Below, in pieces: positions 35,301 through 46,178 of a stretch of 64,000 bases of DNA (the stretch's first letter is position 1; each line of letters starts with the position of its first letter). A program made the position numbers and the translations under genes. Where the stretch lies: NCBI GenBank assembly GCA_963823665.1, contig CAWGMQ010000007.1, positions 192,001 to 256,000 of the forward strand, written 5' to 3'. The stretch is from an uncultured Planctomycetota bacterium. Lineage in GTDB: Bacteria > Planctomycetota > Planctomycetia > Isosphaerales > Isosphaeraceae. The notes under the pieces were generated by a model. The model was not told the origin of the DNA, did no database searches, and was given only the letters and a program-made list of their open reading frames with translations.

Positions 35301-36739
35301 GGAGGTGGAGTTGCTCACGGTCACGAGGTCGGGCCGGCCGTCGCCGTTGATGTCGGTCACCAGGGTCTGCACCGGTTGATTGCCCGTGTTGTAAGGCTGA
35401 GGCGCGCCGAAGGTGCCGTCGCCGTTGCTCAGGAGCACGCTCACCGTGTTGTCGTCGTAGTTGGCGACGACGAGGTCGGGGATGCCGTCGCCAGTCAGGT
35501 CCACCGCCGCCAGCCCGCGGATCCCGGCCTGTCGGATAGGTTTGCTGGGCCTGGAAGGTGCCGTCGCCGTTACCCAGGAGCACGCTCACGGTATTGTCGG
35601 CAGAGTTGGTTGTGACGACGTCGGGCCGGCCGTCGTTGTTCAGGTCCGCCACTTCAACCGCCGCCGGGTTGCCGCCGACATCGGAAGTCGCTCCATCCGC
35701 GAATGTGCCGTCGCCGTTGCCCAGGAAAACGCTGACCGTGCCGTTGTATCGGCTGGACTCGATGACGTCGGGCTTGCCGTCGCCATTGACGTCGGCGACT
35801 GCGGCAGAGTAATTGTTTGGACCTAGCGGAATGACCGTCGAAGACCCAAAGGTGCCGCTGCCATTGCCCAGGAGCACATTCACAGAGTTGCCGGCTCCGT
35901 CCAGGACATCGAGTTTGCCGTCGCCGTAGACGTCCGCCAGCACAATATTAAAGGAATAACCGCCGATGTCGAAGATCTGCGGAGCAGCGAACGTGCCATT
36001 CCCGTAGCCCATGAGCACGCTGACGTCGCCATATCCGTCACCGGTGATGATGTCGGGGATGCCGTCGCCGTTCAAATCCGCCACTTCGAGTTGACTCGGG
36101 AAATTTCCCGTGACGAATGTCCGCGGCGCCTGAAATGAACCGTCGCCGTTGCCCATCAACACACTCACCGTGTCCGAGTAGTTGTTGGTCACGACGAGGT
36201 CGGGAATGCCGTCGCCGTTCAAGTCCGCGACGGCAACCGCATGCGGATTTGCGCCGACGGAATCGACTTGCTGAGGCCCGAAGGTGCCGTCGCCGTTGCC
36301 CGGCAAGATACTCACCGTGTTGCTGGCGTAGTTGGCGGCGACGATGTCAAGGATGCCGTCGCCGGTAAGATCAGCAACCGCGACGCTGGCGGGGTCCTGG
36401 CCAACGACGTAGTCTACTGGAGCCTGGAATGTGCCGTCGCCGTTGCCCATCAGCACACTGACGCTGGCATCCCGGTAGTTGGCGGTGACGATGTCCAGCT
36501 TTCCATTGCCGGTGAGATCGGCGAGCGCGATGGCCCTAACATATTCTGGAAAATCGATGACTTCCGGGGGCTGGAATGTGCCATCGCCATTACCCATGTA
36601 AATGCTAATCGTGCTCTCAGATTGATCGCCGGTGGCGACCAGGTCCAGGATCCCGTTGTTCGTCAGATCGCCGATGGCAAACCCATAACTGTTCAACGCA
36701 AAGGGATAGCTGGTGCCGACCGGAGCCAGCAGCGGGCTG
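32376..36739 (-). CDS. FG-GAP/VCBS repeat surface protein, 5'-truncated, with a frameshift (~35520) and two in-frame TAGs (34998, 34908)
   Basis: Many ADLNGDGIPDLV...VSVLLGNGDGTF repeats, a Ser/Thr-rich linker and a C-terminal hydrophobic/basic tail; no signal peptide or start region remains. Confidence 0.85.
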
Positions 36740-37339
36740 GTCGCGATGAACGATTCCGTGCTGGTGCGCGAAATCCATGGCGCGCGCCAGCGTTTCCGCC
36801 AGCTCGGCAGCCGCCTGAGGCGTTGCCGGGTTCTCGCGCATCTGCGAGTTGAGGCTGCCTCCCTCCACGAACTCGAGAGTTAGATACGGGCAGCCGTCGT
36901 GATCGCCGGTTTCATAGATGTGCACGATGTTGGGATGATCGAGCTTGGCAACGGCTTCCGCCTCGGTGCGGAAACGAGCCAGGCCGGATTGACCGACGTG
37001 CGCTCCCCCCAGGATCATCTTGAGCGAGACGAGCCGATTCAACCGGCGGTGCCGTGCCTTGTAGACAACACCCATGCCGCCCCGGCCGAGCTCCTGGAGC
37101 AGGTCGTAACCCGGCACCGTCACGCCGTCGAGTACAGCGGAATCAGATGGGGAATCGCGAGATGTAGCGCTGGAGTGATCGTCGTGCGTGGGATCGACGG
37201 CTCGGCCGTTGCCGGCGATGGCTAACGTATCGCGATCTGCCTCGCAAAGGTTGTCGGCGACCGTCATGGGAGGATCAGCCGCCGTTTTCTTGTCGAGCGC
37301 GGCCAAGATTGTCTCTTCTAGGCGCGACGGAATTGTCAT
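36740..37339 (-). pseudogene. Ser/Thr protein kinase N-terminal fragment ending at HRD
   Basis: LGRGGMGVVYKA, VSLKMI, HPNIVHIYE, GIVHRD, then the sequence switches to FG-GAP coding DNA. Confidence 0.85.
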
Positions 37340-37365
37340 GGGATCGCTCCGCTTCGAACTGGCAC

Positions 37366-37400
37366 CCTTCAGTGCGACGAACGGGGCTTGAACCCCTCAA
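37366..37400 (-). promoter_or_regulatory. Bipartite motif TTGAGGGGTTC-N10-CGTCGCACTGAAGG, copy upstream of the kinase fragment (putative ECF promoter)
   Basis: Both blocks and the spacing are identical to the copy at 40206-40240; it ends about 27 nt before ATG37339. Confidence 0.65.
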
Positions 37401-37442
37401 TCGGACCGAATTAATTCTCAGCGATCGAGAACATCCGCCACG

Positions 37443-40197
37443 CTACTTCTCGAACTCGCCCTTCTCGTGGCGAGCCCAGAATTCCGCGGCGGGCCAAACC
37501 TGGTTCCAATTCGTGCCGATGGTTTTGAGGCTCTTCATCTTGCGAAGGATCTCCAGGCCCCCGGCGGTGATGTTCTTGGGCGTCAGGCGGATCTCTTCGA
37601 GCGACATGTCTTTGAGCGGCAACAGGTTGGAGACTTCGGTGCCGACCAGATTGAGGTACTTCAGGTGCTTGAAGTTCTTGACGTGGACCAGCCCAGAGTC
37701 GCTCACTTGCGTGCCAGACAGGATGAGCACGGTGAGGTCTTTGCAGCCTTTGACCTGAGCGAGGTTTGGGTCACCCATCTTCGTATCGCTGCAGTTGAGG
37801 TGAATGAGCGGCATCCCACTCAGTGGCGAGAGGTCGGTCACCTTTGTGCCGCCACAGTGGAGAAAGGTCAGCTTCATTCCCGCGACGGGAGAGAGGTCGA
37901 ATACCTGGGTGTAACACACCGTCAGCGCGGTCAGTTTCATGCCCTTCAGGGGCGAGAGATCGGAAATTGTCGTGCCTTGAAAATCCAGGTCCAACAACTT
38001 CATGCCGGCCAGGTCGTTCAGGTCCCTGACTTTCGTGCCGTTAATAAATAGAGTTCGCAGCGGCATTCCCTTCAGCGGCGAGAGGTCGTGCACGTCGGTG
38101 CCGATACACTCCAGTTTCCGCAACTTCATGCCTTCCAGAGGCGACAGGTCGTGCACCCGCGTGTTCCAGCAGACCAATTCCGTCAAGGGCATGCCTCTGA
38201 GTGGCGAGATGTCATCGAGTTGACCTTCAGTGACCCACAAGGTCGTCAGCGGCAACCCGGCCAAGGGCGACAAGTCGGTCAAAGGACTTTTGCCGGCATG
38301 CCTGCCGAGACACTTGAGCGACCTCAACCGGGAGAGCACACGCACCGGCGAGATGTCGTCGACGTCATCCGTGTTCAACTCAAGTCGCCTCACCACGCCG
38401 TTCTCGATGGTGGGCACAAGAGCGCTGTCGAAGCCGGGATTGAGCTCCTTCAGTCGAGCACTCAGGGACTTCACCTGCTCGGCCGCCGACAGGACGGTCA
38501 CGACACGTTCCCAAGCGGACTCATCGGCGGACTGCGTCCTTGCGCTGGCGAGAGATCGCGGCGGCTCCCGGCTGACCCGCACGACCTGCCGGCCGTTTCG
38601 TTGGACGGTGACCAGTTCCTGACTCACGATTTTGCCGTGCTTGGTTGCTTCAACCTTGTATATCCCCGGCTGAAGGCGGATTTCCTTGGCCCCCGTCCCT
38701 GTCATAACGATGTCCGAACCGGCGATCTTGACGCTGACGCGGGGGTCGTCGACCTCGATGACCAGCGTGCCCTCCGGGGAGAACAGGCGAATGACCGTAC
38801 CGTGGAGATTGGTGGAACCAGAAGCATCCGTGAGCCCAAAGCCTGCAAGCAGCGCCAGAATCACGGCTGCGGCCACAAACCAGCGATTGTGGAGGAACCA
38901 CGGTTGTGGAAACCCCGGCGCGGCCTCAGGGTCAATCGTTGACGGGGGCTTTTTCGCCAATTCGGGCGGCGGGACAGCAAGGGTCACACGGGCGTGATCC
39001 GGACTTTGCCGCGCACCCTGGAAATCGGCCAGCAAGTCCGCGACGTCTTGCGCACTCGCGAACCGATCGGCGGGGTCTTTGGCATGTAAACGCGAGATCA
39101 AATCGCAGACATACGAAGGGACGTCCGGGACGATCTCTTGGATCGCTCGTGGCGTCTCTTCCACGACGCGTTTGAGCACGGCGACGGAGTTGGCGGCCCG
39201 GAACGGTGGCCGGCCGGTGCACATCGTATAAAGTACGCTACCCAGACTGAACAGGTCGGCCCGCTGATCGATGGTTTCGCCCTGGGCCTGCTCGGGCGAC
39301 ATGTACATGGGCGTTCCGGCGATAAATCCCGATTGGCTTGTGCTCGAGTCGTCGGCTGCACGGGCCAGGCCGAAGTCGGTGATCTTGACCTGCTCGAGGC
39401 TGCCTTCGAGCAGAATGTTGCTGGGCTTGATGTCGCGATGGATCAGGCGCCTGGAATGCGCGGCGGCCAGACCCAGGGCGATCTGGCGGCCAATGCGCAA
39501 CACATCCGGGATGGCGAGCGGCCCCGTCGCGTCGAGCTTCTGCTGCAAGGTTTGCCCGGCGATGTACTCCATCACCAGATAGGGGATTGGCTCGTCCTCG
39601 ACGCTGTAAATGGCGACGACGTTCTCGTGGCGGACTGCGGCCGCCGATCGCGCTCGCGCAAGAATCGCTTGCGGGGCGGCGATGTCGCGGCCAAGAAGAG
39701 AGACATGAGCTTGATGGCGACGGTTCGATGTAGCTTTTCATCGAAGGCCTTCGCCACGGTGCCGAAGCTGCCCTTCCCGAGCACTTCGAGAACCTCGTAA
39801 TGAGCCAACCGGCCGAGCGAGCCGGACTTCTCCGAAGGCTGCAAAACGTCGAGGGTGTTGTCGTCACCCCCATCGTGCTCGCCGGCGATCGTTTCGATCA
39901 GCTCACATTGAGGTGAGGAGGAACCAGCGAGCCAGTCGCGAAGGTCAGCCTGATCGGCCCGCTCGGTTGAATCGCATGGGCCAATTTCATGACCCTCGAC
40001 TGCGGGGCGAGCCAGGAAATCAATCGCCTGAGGATAGACCCGCAGGAGGCGTTCCACTTCAAGGCGCAGCTCGGCATCGTCGCCACACGCGTGATCCAGA
40101 AAATCGGCGCGGTCACTGTCGGAGCCCCTATCCAGGGCCGCATGAAAGATCGCTTGGAGCTCGGATGGGGCGTAAATGGCGTGACTCCTGTCGGCAC
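37443..40197 (-). CDS. Membrane Ser/Thr kinase with extracytoplasmic leucine-rich repeats (frameshift near 39655; start uncertain)
   Basis: ACGDDAELRLEVERLL N-terminus, LGKGSFGTV, HRDIKPSN, DFGLAR, GTPMYMSPEQ, TM segment, DLSPLKGMPL LRRs. Confidence 0.88.
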
Positions 40198-40205
40198 TGA
40201 CTCTT

Positions 40206-40240
40206 CCTTCAGTGCGACGCGCTCGGACAGAACCCCTCAA
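40206..40240 (-). promoter_or_regulatory. Bipartite motif TTGAGGGGTTC-N10-CGTCGCACTGAAGG, copy between the ECF and kinase genes (putative ECF promoter)
   Basis: See 37366-37400. Confidence 0.65.
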
Positions 40241-40258
40241 ACATTGCGACGATTTTTT

Positions 40259-40850
40259 TCATGAGGCCGGCGAATTGTCGCGATTCGTCATTTCGGCGAA
40301 GAGCCACGTACGGGCGTAAGTCCATTTTCTTTCGACGGTTGCGAGCAGAGACCCCCAACACTTCGGCGATCTCCGCCATCGTCAGTCCGCCGAAGTAGCG
40401 GAGATTCACCAGCTCGGCAGAGCCTGGGTCTTTCACCGCCAATTTGCTCAGGGCTTCGTCGAGAGCCTCGAGATCTTCAGATTGTTCCGGCGCCAGTGAA
40501 GCGACGGCTTCGAAGTTGACGCGCTCACGGCCACCGCCGTGCTTGAGCCGCTTTTTTCGTCGCGCGTTTTCGACAAGGATCCGGCGCATCGCCTCAGCGG
40601 CGGCTGCAAAGAAATGTCCGCGACTATTCCACGGCAACTGTTTGCCTGATTCTCGCTGGGGAGTCGCAACCAGGCGCAGGTACGCCTCGTGGACCAGAGC
40701 GGTGGCGTCGAGTGTTTGCTCGGGTGGCTCGCTGGCCAATTTCCGAGCGGCCAATTTGCGAAGCTCGTCATAGATCAGGGGCAAGAGCTGACTGGCGGCG
40801 CCAGCGTCGCCCTGCTCGATCGCCGAGAGGATGAGGGTGACATCGGACAT
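40259..40850 (-). CDS. ECF sigma factor of the kinase-associated type (TIGR02999/ECF43-like); frameshift near 40348
   Basis: LLPLIYDELRKLA, TLDATALVHEAYLRL, HFFAAAAEAMRRILV, LRYFGGL; the C-terminus ATVERKWTYARTWL is recovered in the shifted frame. Confidence 0.88.
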
Positions 40851-41074
40851 CGCCGGAGCCCGGGGAATCGTTCTCGCGTTCAGATGGACATACGGTTTAT
40901 GCGAAGATTATCCCATCCTGCGAGTACCGGAGCAAGCCGGCCGGCTTGAAGCCTCAGGACGCATGTCGAACTTGCCTTCCTGGGCTTGAACCAATGGCGA
41001 AAAAGCCACCACAGCAACGATGACCGTCGTCCCCAGATACCGGCCGTCTCGATCCCGCAAATATACAGAGCAAT

Positions 41075-41776
41075 TCACTCCGGTGCGCTGAGCAAACGTA
41101 GCTCGTTGACGTACTGATGGGCCAAACGGGTTGTGATCGGCTGGCGATAAGCCGGCGACGCGGCAAGCACCACTTCGATCGCGCTCTTCAGATCGCAAAG
41201 ATGGCCGCTCGAGACGAACACGGGTTTAACTCTTGTGCGCATGCGCAAGACCGCGCCGATGGTTTCGCCCTGGTCGGTCAGGGGCGACCAGTCGCCACGG
41301 TCGGGGCCAGGCTCGTCGAATTCGCCGAAGAACCATGACTTGGCACAGCCGATTGTGGGAATGCCGAGCCATAGCCCCAGATGCGCAGCCAGGCCCATCC
41401 GCCGCGGGTGTGCAATTCCTTGGCCGTCGCAGATCAGCACGTCCGGCTTCACGCGGAGCTTTTCAAACGCTTCGATCACCGCCGGAGCTTCCCGGAACGT
41501 GAGCAGACCCGGAACATAGGGGAACCTCGCCTCGGCGAGCATCCCCGAGCGGTCGAGGACCTCAAGTGTTCCCGCCTGCAGAACGACCACGGCCGCATGA
41601 AGCCATTTGGCCCGTTTATCATACGAGACGTCGGCGCCCGCAATTGTTTTGTAGGATTTGAGCGCGCAGGTCGTATTGATCTGCGCCGCGAGGCGCAGTT
41701 GCAGGTCGCGGGCTTCCGTGGTGCTTAAGTCCCAGGAGTGGAGCTCGCGTTCTGTAGGCACCGGAAGATTTTCCAT
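41075..41776 (-). CDS. nfi: Endonuclease V (deoxyinosine 3' endonuclease)
   Basis: IAGADVSY, FPYVPGLLTFRE, DGQGIAHPRRMGLAAHLG, TIGCAKS, PVFVSSGH. Confidence 0.93.
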   Translation of the reverse strand: MENLPVPTERELHSWDLSTTEARDLQLRLAAQINTTCALKSYKTIAGADVSYDKRAKWLHAAVVVLQAGTLEVLDRSGMLAEARFPYVPGLLTFREAPAVIEAFEKLRVKPDVLICDGQGIAHPRRMGLAAHLGLWLGIPTIGCAKSWFFGEFDEPGPDRGDWSPLTDQGETIGAVLRMRTRVKPVFVSSGHLCDLKSAIEVVLAASPAYRQPITTRLAHQYVNELRLLSAPE

Positions 41777-41807
41777 TGACCGGTTGTCACGCGACGGTTG
41801 TCCGGGC

Positions 41808-44063
41808 CTACGCGGCGAGCGCAGGCAGTCCACGACGGCGGGCGAACAGGGCTGATAGCCCATAGTAACCGATCGCGATTCCGATCAAGGCATTGAATCC
41901 GAAGATCAACGAGAGATACTCGGTGAGCCCGCCCAGGATGATGCCACCGACGTTTGATCCGAAATCGACATCGGGCCGCGCGCTTGCGCGAAACAATGTG
42001 CCGAAGATCACACCGGCGAAGAACACCGGGAGATAGACGACCAGGCACGAGACGACGACCTTGCCGGCGCCTGGGAGCGACAGGTAGGTATCCATGGGCA
42101 CAATCACGTTGACCAGAAGACTCGCGAGGAGCACCACGTAGAAAGGCCAGAGGCGTTTGGGCCGAACGGCCATCACGAAGAGATTGCTCAGGAGGATCAT
42201 CGAGAGGATCGCGAAGAACACGATCGAGTTGACAACCCACGTCGATCCAAACAAGAGCGCCATGTGCACGACGCCTTTGGTTTCCAGCAGCATGAAGCCG
42301 GCGCCCAGAAAGAACATTGTTGCGTTCGGTCGCACTTTTCGGACCGGCGCGAATGCGAGCAGGATCGCCACCGAAAGGGCAGCGACGATGGCGATGCCGC
42401 GCAGGTTCAATGCGGGGATCGCCGGCTCGCGCAGGTACAGAAACGGCCAGAGGTCGGTGGGCACGTACTCGCGGGCAGGCGGTTCGACTTTCGCGGGGGC
42501 GATTCTCATGAATTGGTGCTGCGGAGCATCGAGTTTGGCGGGTGGCATCGGGTCGAAGCCATTCACATCGAAATTGAGCACGGGTTCCTGATAGAGCCGG
42601 AAAAAACGGCCGTTCGCGAACCGAGCCAGAATCGGTTCCAGGCGGCTCGACGTTTTTTCCGTCGCGAGCAAGACGGTGACCTGACCGCGCAAGTTGTCGT
42701 CAGGGCGAATGACCGGGCGATAGGGCACGGACAGCACAACGGGCGGCCTGCCGAAAACTCCCTCGGCGAGCGCTTTCAGCCGGTCGACGAGCCAGCCCTG
42801 CCGGTACGAGTTATACATGACGAAGGCGCCGCCGGGCTTCAGATGGGCCTGCACGTCGCGAACGGCCTGCTCGGTGAACAGGAAGCTCTCGAGCCGGACG
42901 CTGGAATAACTCGAATGAAGCGCCAGCGAATCGACGAGTGCGTAGACGATCAAGTCGTATTTTCGGGCGCTCTGGCGGAGGAACCCGCGGCCGTCGGTGA
43001 GATGGACGCTCACACGGGGGTCGCTAAAGGGTTTGTTGGGATGATCACGGCGTCCCAGCTCGTTGAAAACGGGGTCGATCTCGACGGCGTCGACGTGCTT
43101 GACGCCTTGCGCCAGAGCGGCCGCCACGTCGTTGCCCGAACCGGCACCGATGATCAGCACGTCGTCGAACGGTGCCCCTCCTGAGTCTCGATTGAGGAGG
43201 TAGGGCAAGAAGTAGCCTGCGCCGAAGGCCTCGACGCGCAGCATTCCTTGATGGCCGATGTTGTTGACGTCGATCGATTGATACTTCGGCTTGTAGCGTA
43301 CCTGATAATACGGCGACCAGATGACGTCAGTGTGCACACCTTTGACGTCGACCGGCCAGTCCGGCCAGGCAATGAGTGCCACGACTGGAAGAACGCCGAT
43401 CGCTTGCAAGACGCGCCGGCGGGGGATGAAGTACACCGCCGGTGCCAGCGCGATGGCGAACCAGGCGAACGCCGGCAGGCGGAACCATGACATGACCCCG
43501 AAGAGCGCGATGCCCGCCAGACTGCCCAGTATGTCGGCCGAGTAAGCCGCCATGCGGTTCTCGATCACCGCGAACCGGCGGCCCATTTCCTGGCCAAGCC
43601 CGAGGAAAAGAAGCGCGACGAGCGCGAAGAAGTAGCCGGCGAGGACTTCGATCGGGATCACCCACTTCGAGGTGTCTCTGAGCCGGACTTCAGTCCCGAA
43701 ATAGATGAGCTGCGGCGACTGCTGCGAGCCCACGTCGACCATGATCTGACCGAACCGGTCGTAGAGCCACCATGAACCGGAAGCAGAGGCTGCGATCAAG
43801 AGTGCGAATGGTATGAACGTGTTGATCCATGAAAACCGGCGTGGGGCCGCGAGGCAGCCCACCGAGACACCGAGGAAGCAGGCCATCAGAACGATGTTGG
43901 TGAAGTACGTCAGGAAGATGACGACGCTGCCCAGCCAGCGGATGCAGGCCAGCTCGAGGAAGAGGATGAGGAAGCTGAGCAGGAAGAGCTCGGCGGTGGG
44001 ATGGGGCGCTCGAGGGCTCGTTGGTCGTTGAGCTTCGCGAGTTATCGGGGAGGAAGAAGACAT
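41808..44063 (-). CDS. Multi-TM membrane protein with a central spermidine-synthase-like SAM-binding domain
   Basis: N- and C-terminal TM bundles; WSPYYQV, VLIIGAGSGND, VDAVEIDP, DGRGFL, YDLIVY, PTDLWPFLY. Confidence 0.85.
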   Translation of the reverse strand: MSSSSPITREAQRPTSPRAPHPTAELFLLSFLILFLELACIRWLGSVVIFLTYFTNIVLMACFLGVSVGCLAAPRRFSWINTFIPFALLIAASASGSWWLYDRFGQIMVDVGSQQSPQLIYFGTEVRLRDTSKWVIPIEVLAGYFFALVALLFLGLGQEMGRRFAVIENRMAAYSADILGSLAGIALFGVMSWFRLPAFAWFAIALAPAVYFIPRRRVLQAIGVLPVVALIAWPDWPVDVKGVHTDVIWSPYYQVRYKPKYQSIDVNNIGHQGMLRVEAFGAGYFLPYLLNRDSGGAPFDDVLIIGAGSGNDVAAALAQGVKHVDAVEIDPVFNELGRRDHPNKPFSDPRVSVHLTDGRGFLRQSARKYDLIVYALVDSLALHSSYSSVRLESFLFTEQAVRDVQAHLKPGGAFVMYNSYRQGWLVDRLKALAEGVFGRPPVVLSVPYRPVIRPDDNLRGQVTVLLATEKTSSRLEPILARFANGRFFRLYQEPVLNFDVNGFDPMPPAKLDAPQHQFMRIAPAKVEPPAREYVPTDLWPFLYLREPAIPALNLRGIAIVAALSVAILLAFAPVRKVRPNATMFFLGAGFMLLETKGVVHMALLFGSTWVVNSIVFFAILSMILLSNLFVMAVRPKRLWPFYVVLLASLLVNVIVPMDTYLSLPGAGKVVVSCLVVYLPVFFAGVIFGTLFRASARPDVDFGSNVGGIILGGLTEYLSLIFGFNALIGIAIGYYGLSALFARRRGLPALAA

Positions 44064-44175
44064 GTCGCTCTCGTTGCGCTCGCTGGGGTCGATACTACGG
44101 TCGTCAATCCACGGATGGCGGCGTATGATGTTGGTGTCACACCAAGAAACAGGAGTTGGCACTCTGCGTCAATCG

Positions 44176-44637
44176 ATGACTGGCGGCGCGAGACGGCCGT
44201 CTCGATATCCGCGGTTTACCGTTCGCTGCCTTCTCATCGCCAATGCGTCGATGGCCGTGTCGTTGGCGTTCGCTCTGAGCTTGCCTCATCTGGAGGATTA
44301 CACCAAGTACAAAGAGAACGAGACGAGCGCCCGGAGTCGATTGTTAACCACCCGATCGGCCAGCGAAGTGGATGGTTTGCTCGAGCACGCCGAAGCGATG
44401 TGTCGACTGAGTCAGACGAGTTTGTCACACGGGGCGACCGGTCTCGCGATTCCCGCGCTTGGGCTCGCCTGCGGCGCAGGACTGGTCGCGTGCACGCTGA
44501 TTCGGAGAAAAACGACGCGGGATTATCGTCTCTTACAGACGGTCACAGCCGTATGCCGGACCGGATTGATCATTTTTGTCGGAGCCATCGCATTCTTCCC
44601 AGTGCTCGTAGTGATTGCGATCATTACCTTGGATTAG
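44176..44637 (+). CDS. Small membrane protein with a planctomycete RF(S/T)xRxL N-terminal motif
   Basis: PRFTVRCLLIANASMAVSLAFA followed by two further TM segments. Confidence 0.5.
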   Translation: MTGGARRPSRYPRFTVRCLLIANASMAVSLAFALSLPHLEDYTKYKENETSARSRLLTTRSASEVDGLLEHAEAMCRLSQTSLSHGATGLAIPALGLACGAGLVACTLIRRKTTRDYRLLQTVTAVCRTGLIIFVGAIAFFPVLVVIAIITLD

Positions 44638-44839
44638 CGTGAGCTTTCGACTGTAGATTGAATCGTACGGTAACTGCAACCTGCGGGACGCGTTGCGTAA
44701 CGTGCGGTAGAATGTTGGTGTCAGCCGGCTGGATTGATACTCGTTACAGCCCAGCCAGCGGCGTCCACTGGCCGGGTCGGCCGGTAAATCCGCTGGCTCT
44801 TGCCTAAAACTGCTGCAATCCTCTCGCTTGGTGGCAATT

Positions 44840-45199
44840 ATGGCGCCGTGGCCCAACCAGTCCTGTCCTTATCCCGACTGCGGAGAGCCGATTCGGGATC
44901 TGCTGGTGGAGATGGTGCCCAACGTCGAGCACGTAAAACCCGAGTTCCGAGCACTGTTGGGACAATCGCCCGGGGGCGCCATCACGTGTCCATACTGCCA
45001 ACAGGCGGTAGAATATGACGGGGATGGCAAATCATTGGTGGCATCTGCGCGAGTGCCATTCCGATACTCCAGAGTTAAAATGGAGCGACGTGCCAGGGAT
45101 TATGGAAACCACAAGGGTCCGCCGGACACGACGATGACACCTGAACGATGGGTGGCCGAGGACAAGTTGATGCCTGGCGCCCTCTACGGATACCAATAG
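44840..45199 (+). CDS. Hypothetical protein with two Cys pairs (putative Zn ribbon)
   Basis: CPYPDC ... CPYC; may extend past TAG45197 to TGA45218. Confidence 0.6.
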   Translation: MAPWPNQSCPYPDCGEPIRDLLVEMVPNVEHVKPEFRALLGQSPGGAITCPYCQQAVEYDGDGKSLVASARVPFRYSRVKMERRARDYGNHKGPPDTTMTPERWVAEDKLMPGALYGYQ

Positions 45200-45216
45200 A
45201 TCGAGGACGGCCTACC

Positions 45217-45525
45217 ATGAAGCTGACGCAGGACGAATTGGAATTCCTGTCAGCCTGGGCGCGCGAGGAATGGGAGCCTGCGTGTTACGATTTGCCCGCG
45301 CATCGTCTGCAACTGGCTCACGGTGTCGCAGGCGCCCAGTTGATCGTGTTCATAAAAGCCTGGACGGAAGGTGAAGGCAAGAAGGATCAAGAGATTCTTG
45401 TCGCCGCTGCTAACACTTACCCCCGCTGGCCGTGGTGCACGACCGAAGAATTCGCCAGCCGGCTGGCAGAAAGCGAGCGAGCGGCGAACAGATCGGGTCG
45501 GAACAAAGCCGGGGCCGTAATCTAG
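45217..45525 (+). CDS. Small hypothetical protein, coupled to the Zn-ribbon gene
   Basis: GAGG RBS; MKLTQDELEFLSAWAREEWEP...WPW. Confidence 0.6.
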   Translation: MKLTQDELEFLSAWAREEWEPACYDLPAHRLQLAHGVAGAQLIVFIKAWTEGEGKKDQEILVAAANTYPRWPWCTTEEFASRLAESERAANRSGRNKAGAVI

Positions 45526-45605
45526 TGTCCCGACAATCTCCGATTGAGGGATTGTTGGGCGCGGGTCTCCTGACCCCGCCGTCCTCATCGACCGTAGGTC
45601 TCCAG
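45524..45605. repeat. Intergenic palindromic REP-like element
   Basis: Imperfect hairpin CCCGACAATC / GATTGTTGGG followed by GCGGGTCTCCTGACCCCGC and GACCGTAGGTCTCC; single copy in this window. Confidence 0.4.
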
Positions 45606-45762
45606 GCGCCCGACCCGCCAATCAGCGATTGTCGCAACACCAGGGTAAAGCGAGCGCGTGATTGGGACTGTGAAGATCCGCGCCCGGATCTCGAGGCTGA
45701 TGAGCCTTCGTTCCATACGTCAAGCCCGACCTGATTTGATCGCCAGAATGGAGATTAGTGGT

Positions 45763-46003
45763 ATGACACTCGAGATCGCGCAGCTTCTTCTTGTGGTGCT
45801 CCATCATCAACTACGCCCTACTCCTCGTCTGGGCGTTGCCCGTGATGTACTGGCGGGTCGGACTGCACCGGCTGTGGGGAAGGTGGTTCCGACTCTCACT
45901 CGAACAGTTCGACATGATCAATATCGGGGGAATCACGCTCTACAAGATGGGGGTCATCTTGTTCAACGTCGTTCCGTGCATCGCGCTCTATCTTGTTGGG
46001 TGA
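45763..46003 (+). CDS. Small membrane protein, DUF6868-like (frameshift near 45782)
   Basis: LWCSIINYALLLVW...GRWFRLSLEQFD...LYKMGVILFNVVP.IAL; GGAG RBS before ATG45763. Confidence 0.65.
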
Positions 46004-46178
46004 GGACGGTCCGCAATGGCGGATCCTGCGTGGATTTTTGTGCTCAGCGCTCCCTTTCGCCTCACGACGTCATTGCGCGGAACGAGTACTATGGATCGCT
46101 GGGTGCCGATCGGGCAATTCTGTTCGGGAATCATCTTGCTTCCAAACGCTCAAATCTCGAGCCGCGAAGGATACTCTG

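Noticed and set aside
40908..41074. Signal-peptide-like reading (RYLGTTVIVAVVAFSPLVQA-Q) on the minus strand after nfi
   Set aside because: No clear start codon and it degenerates within about 25 codons; at most a remnant.
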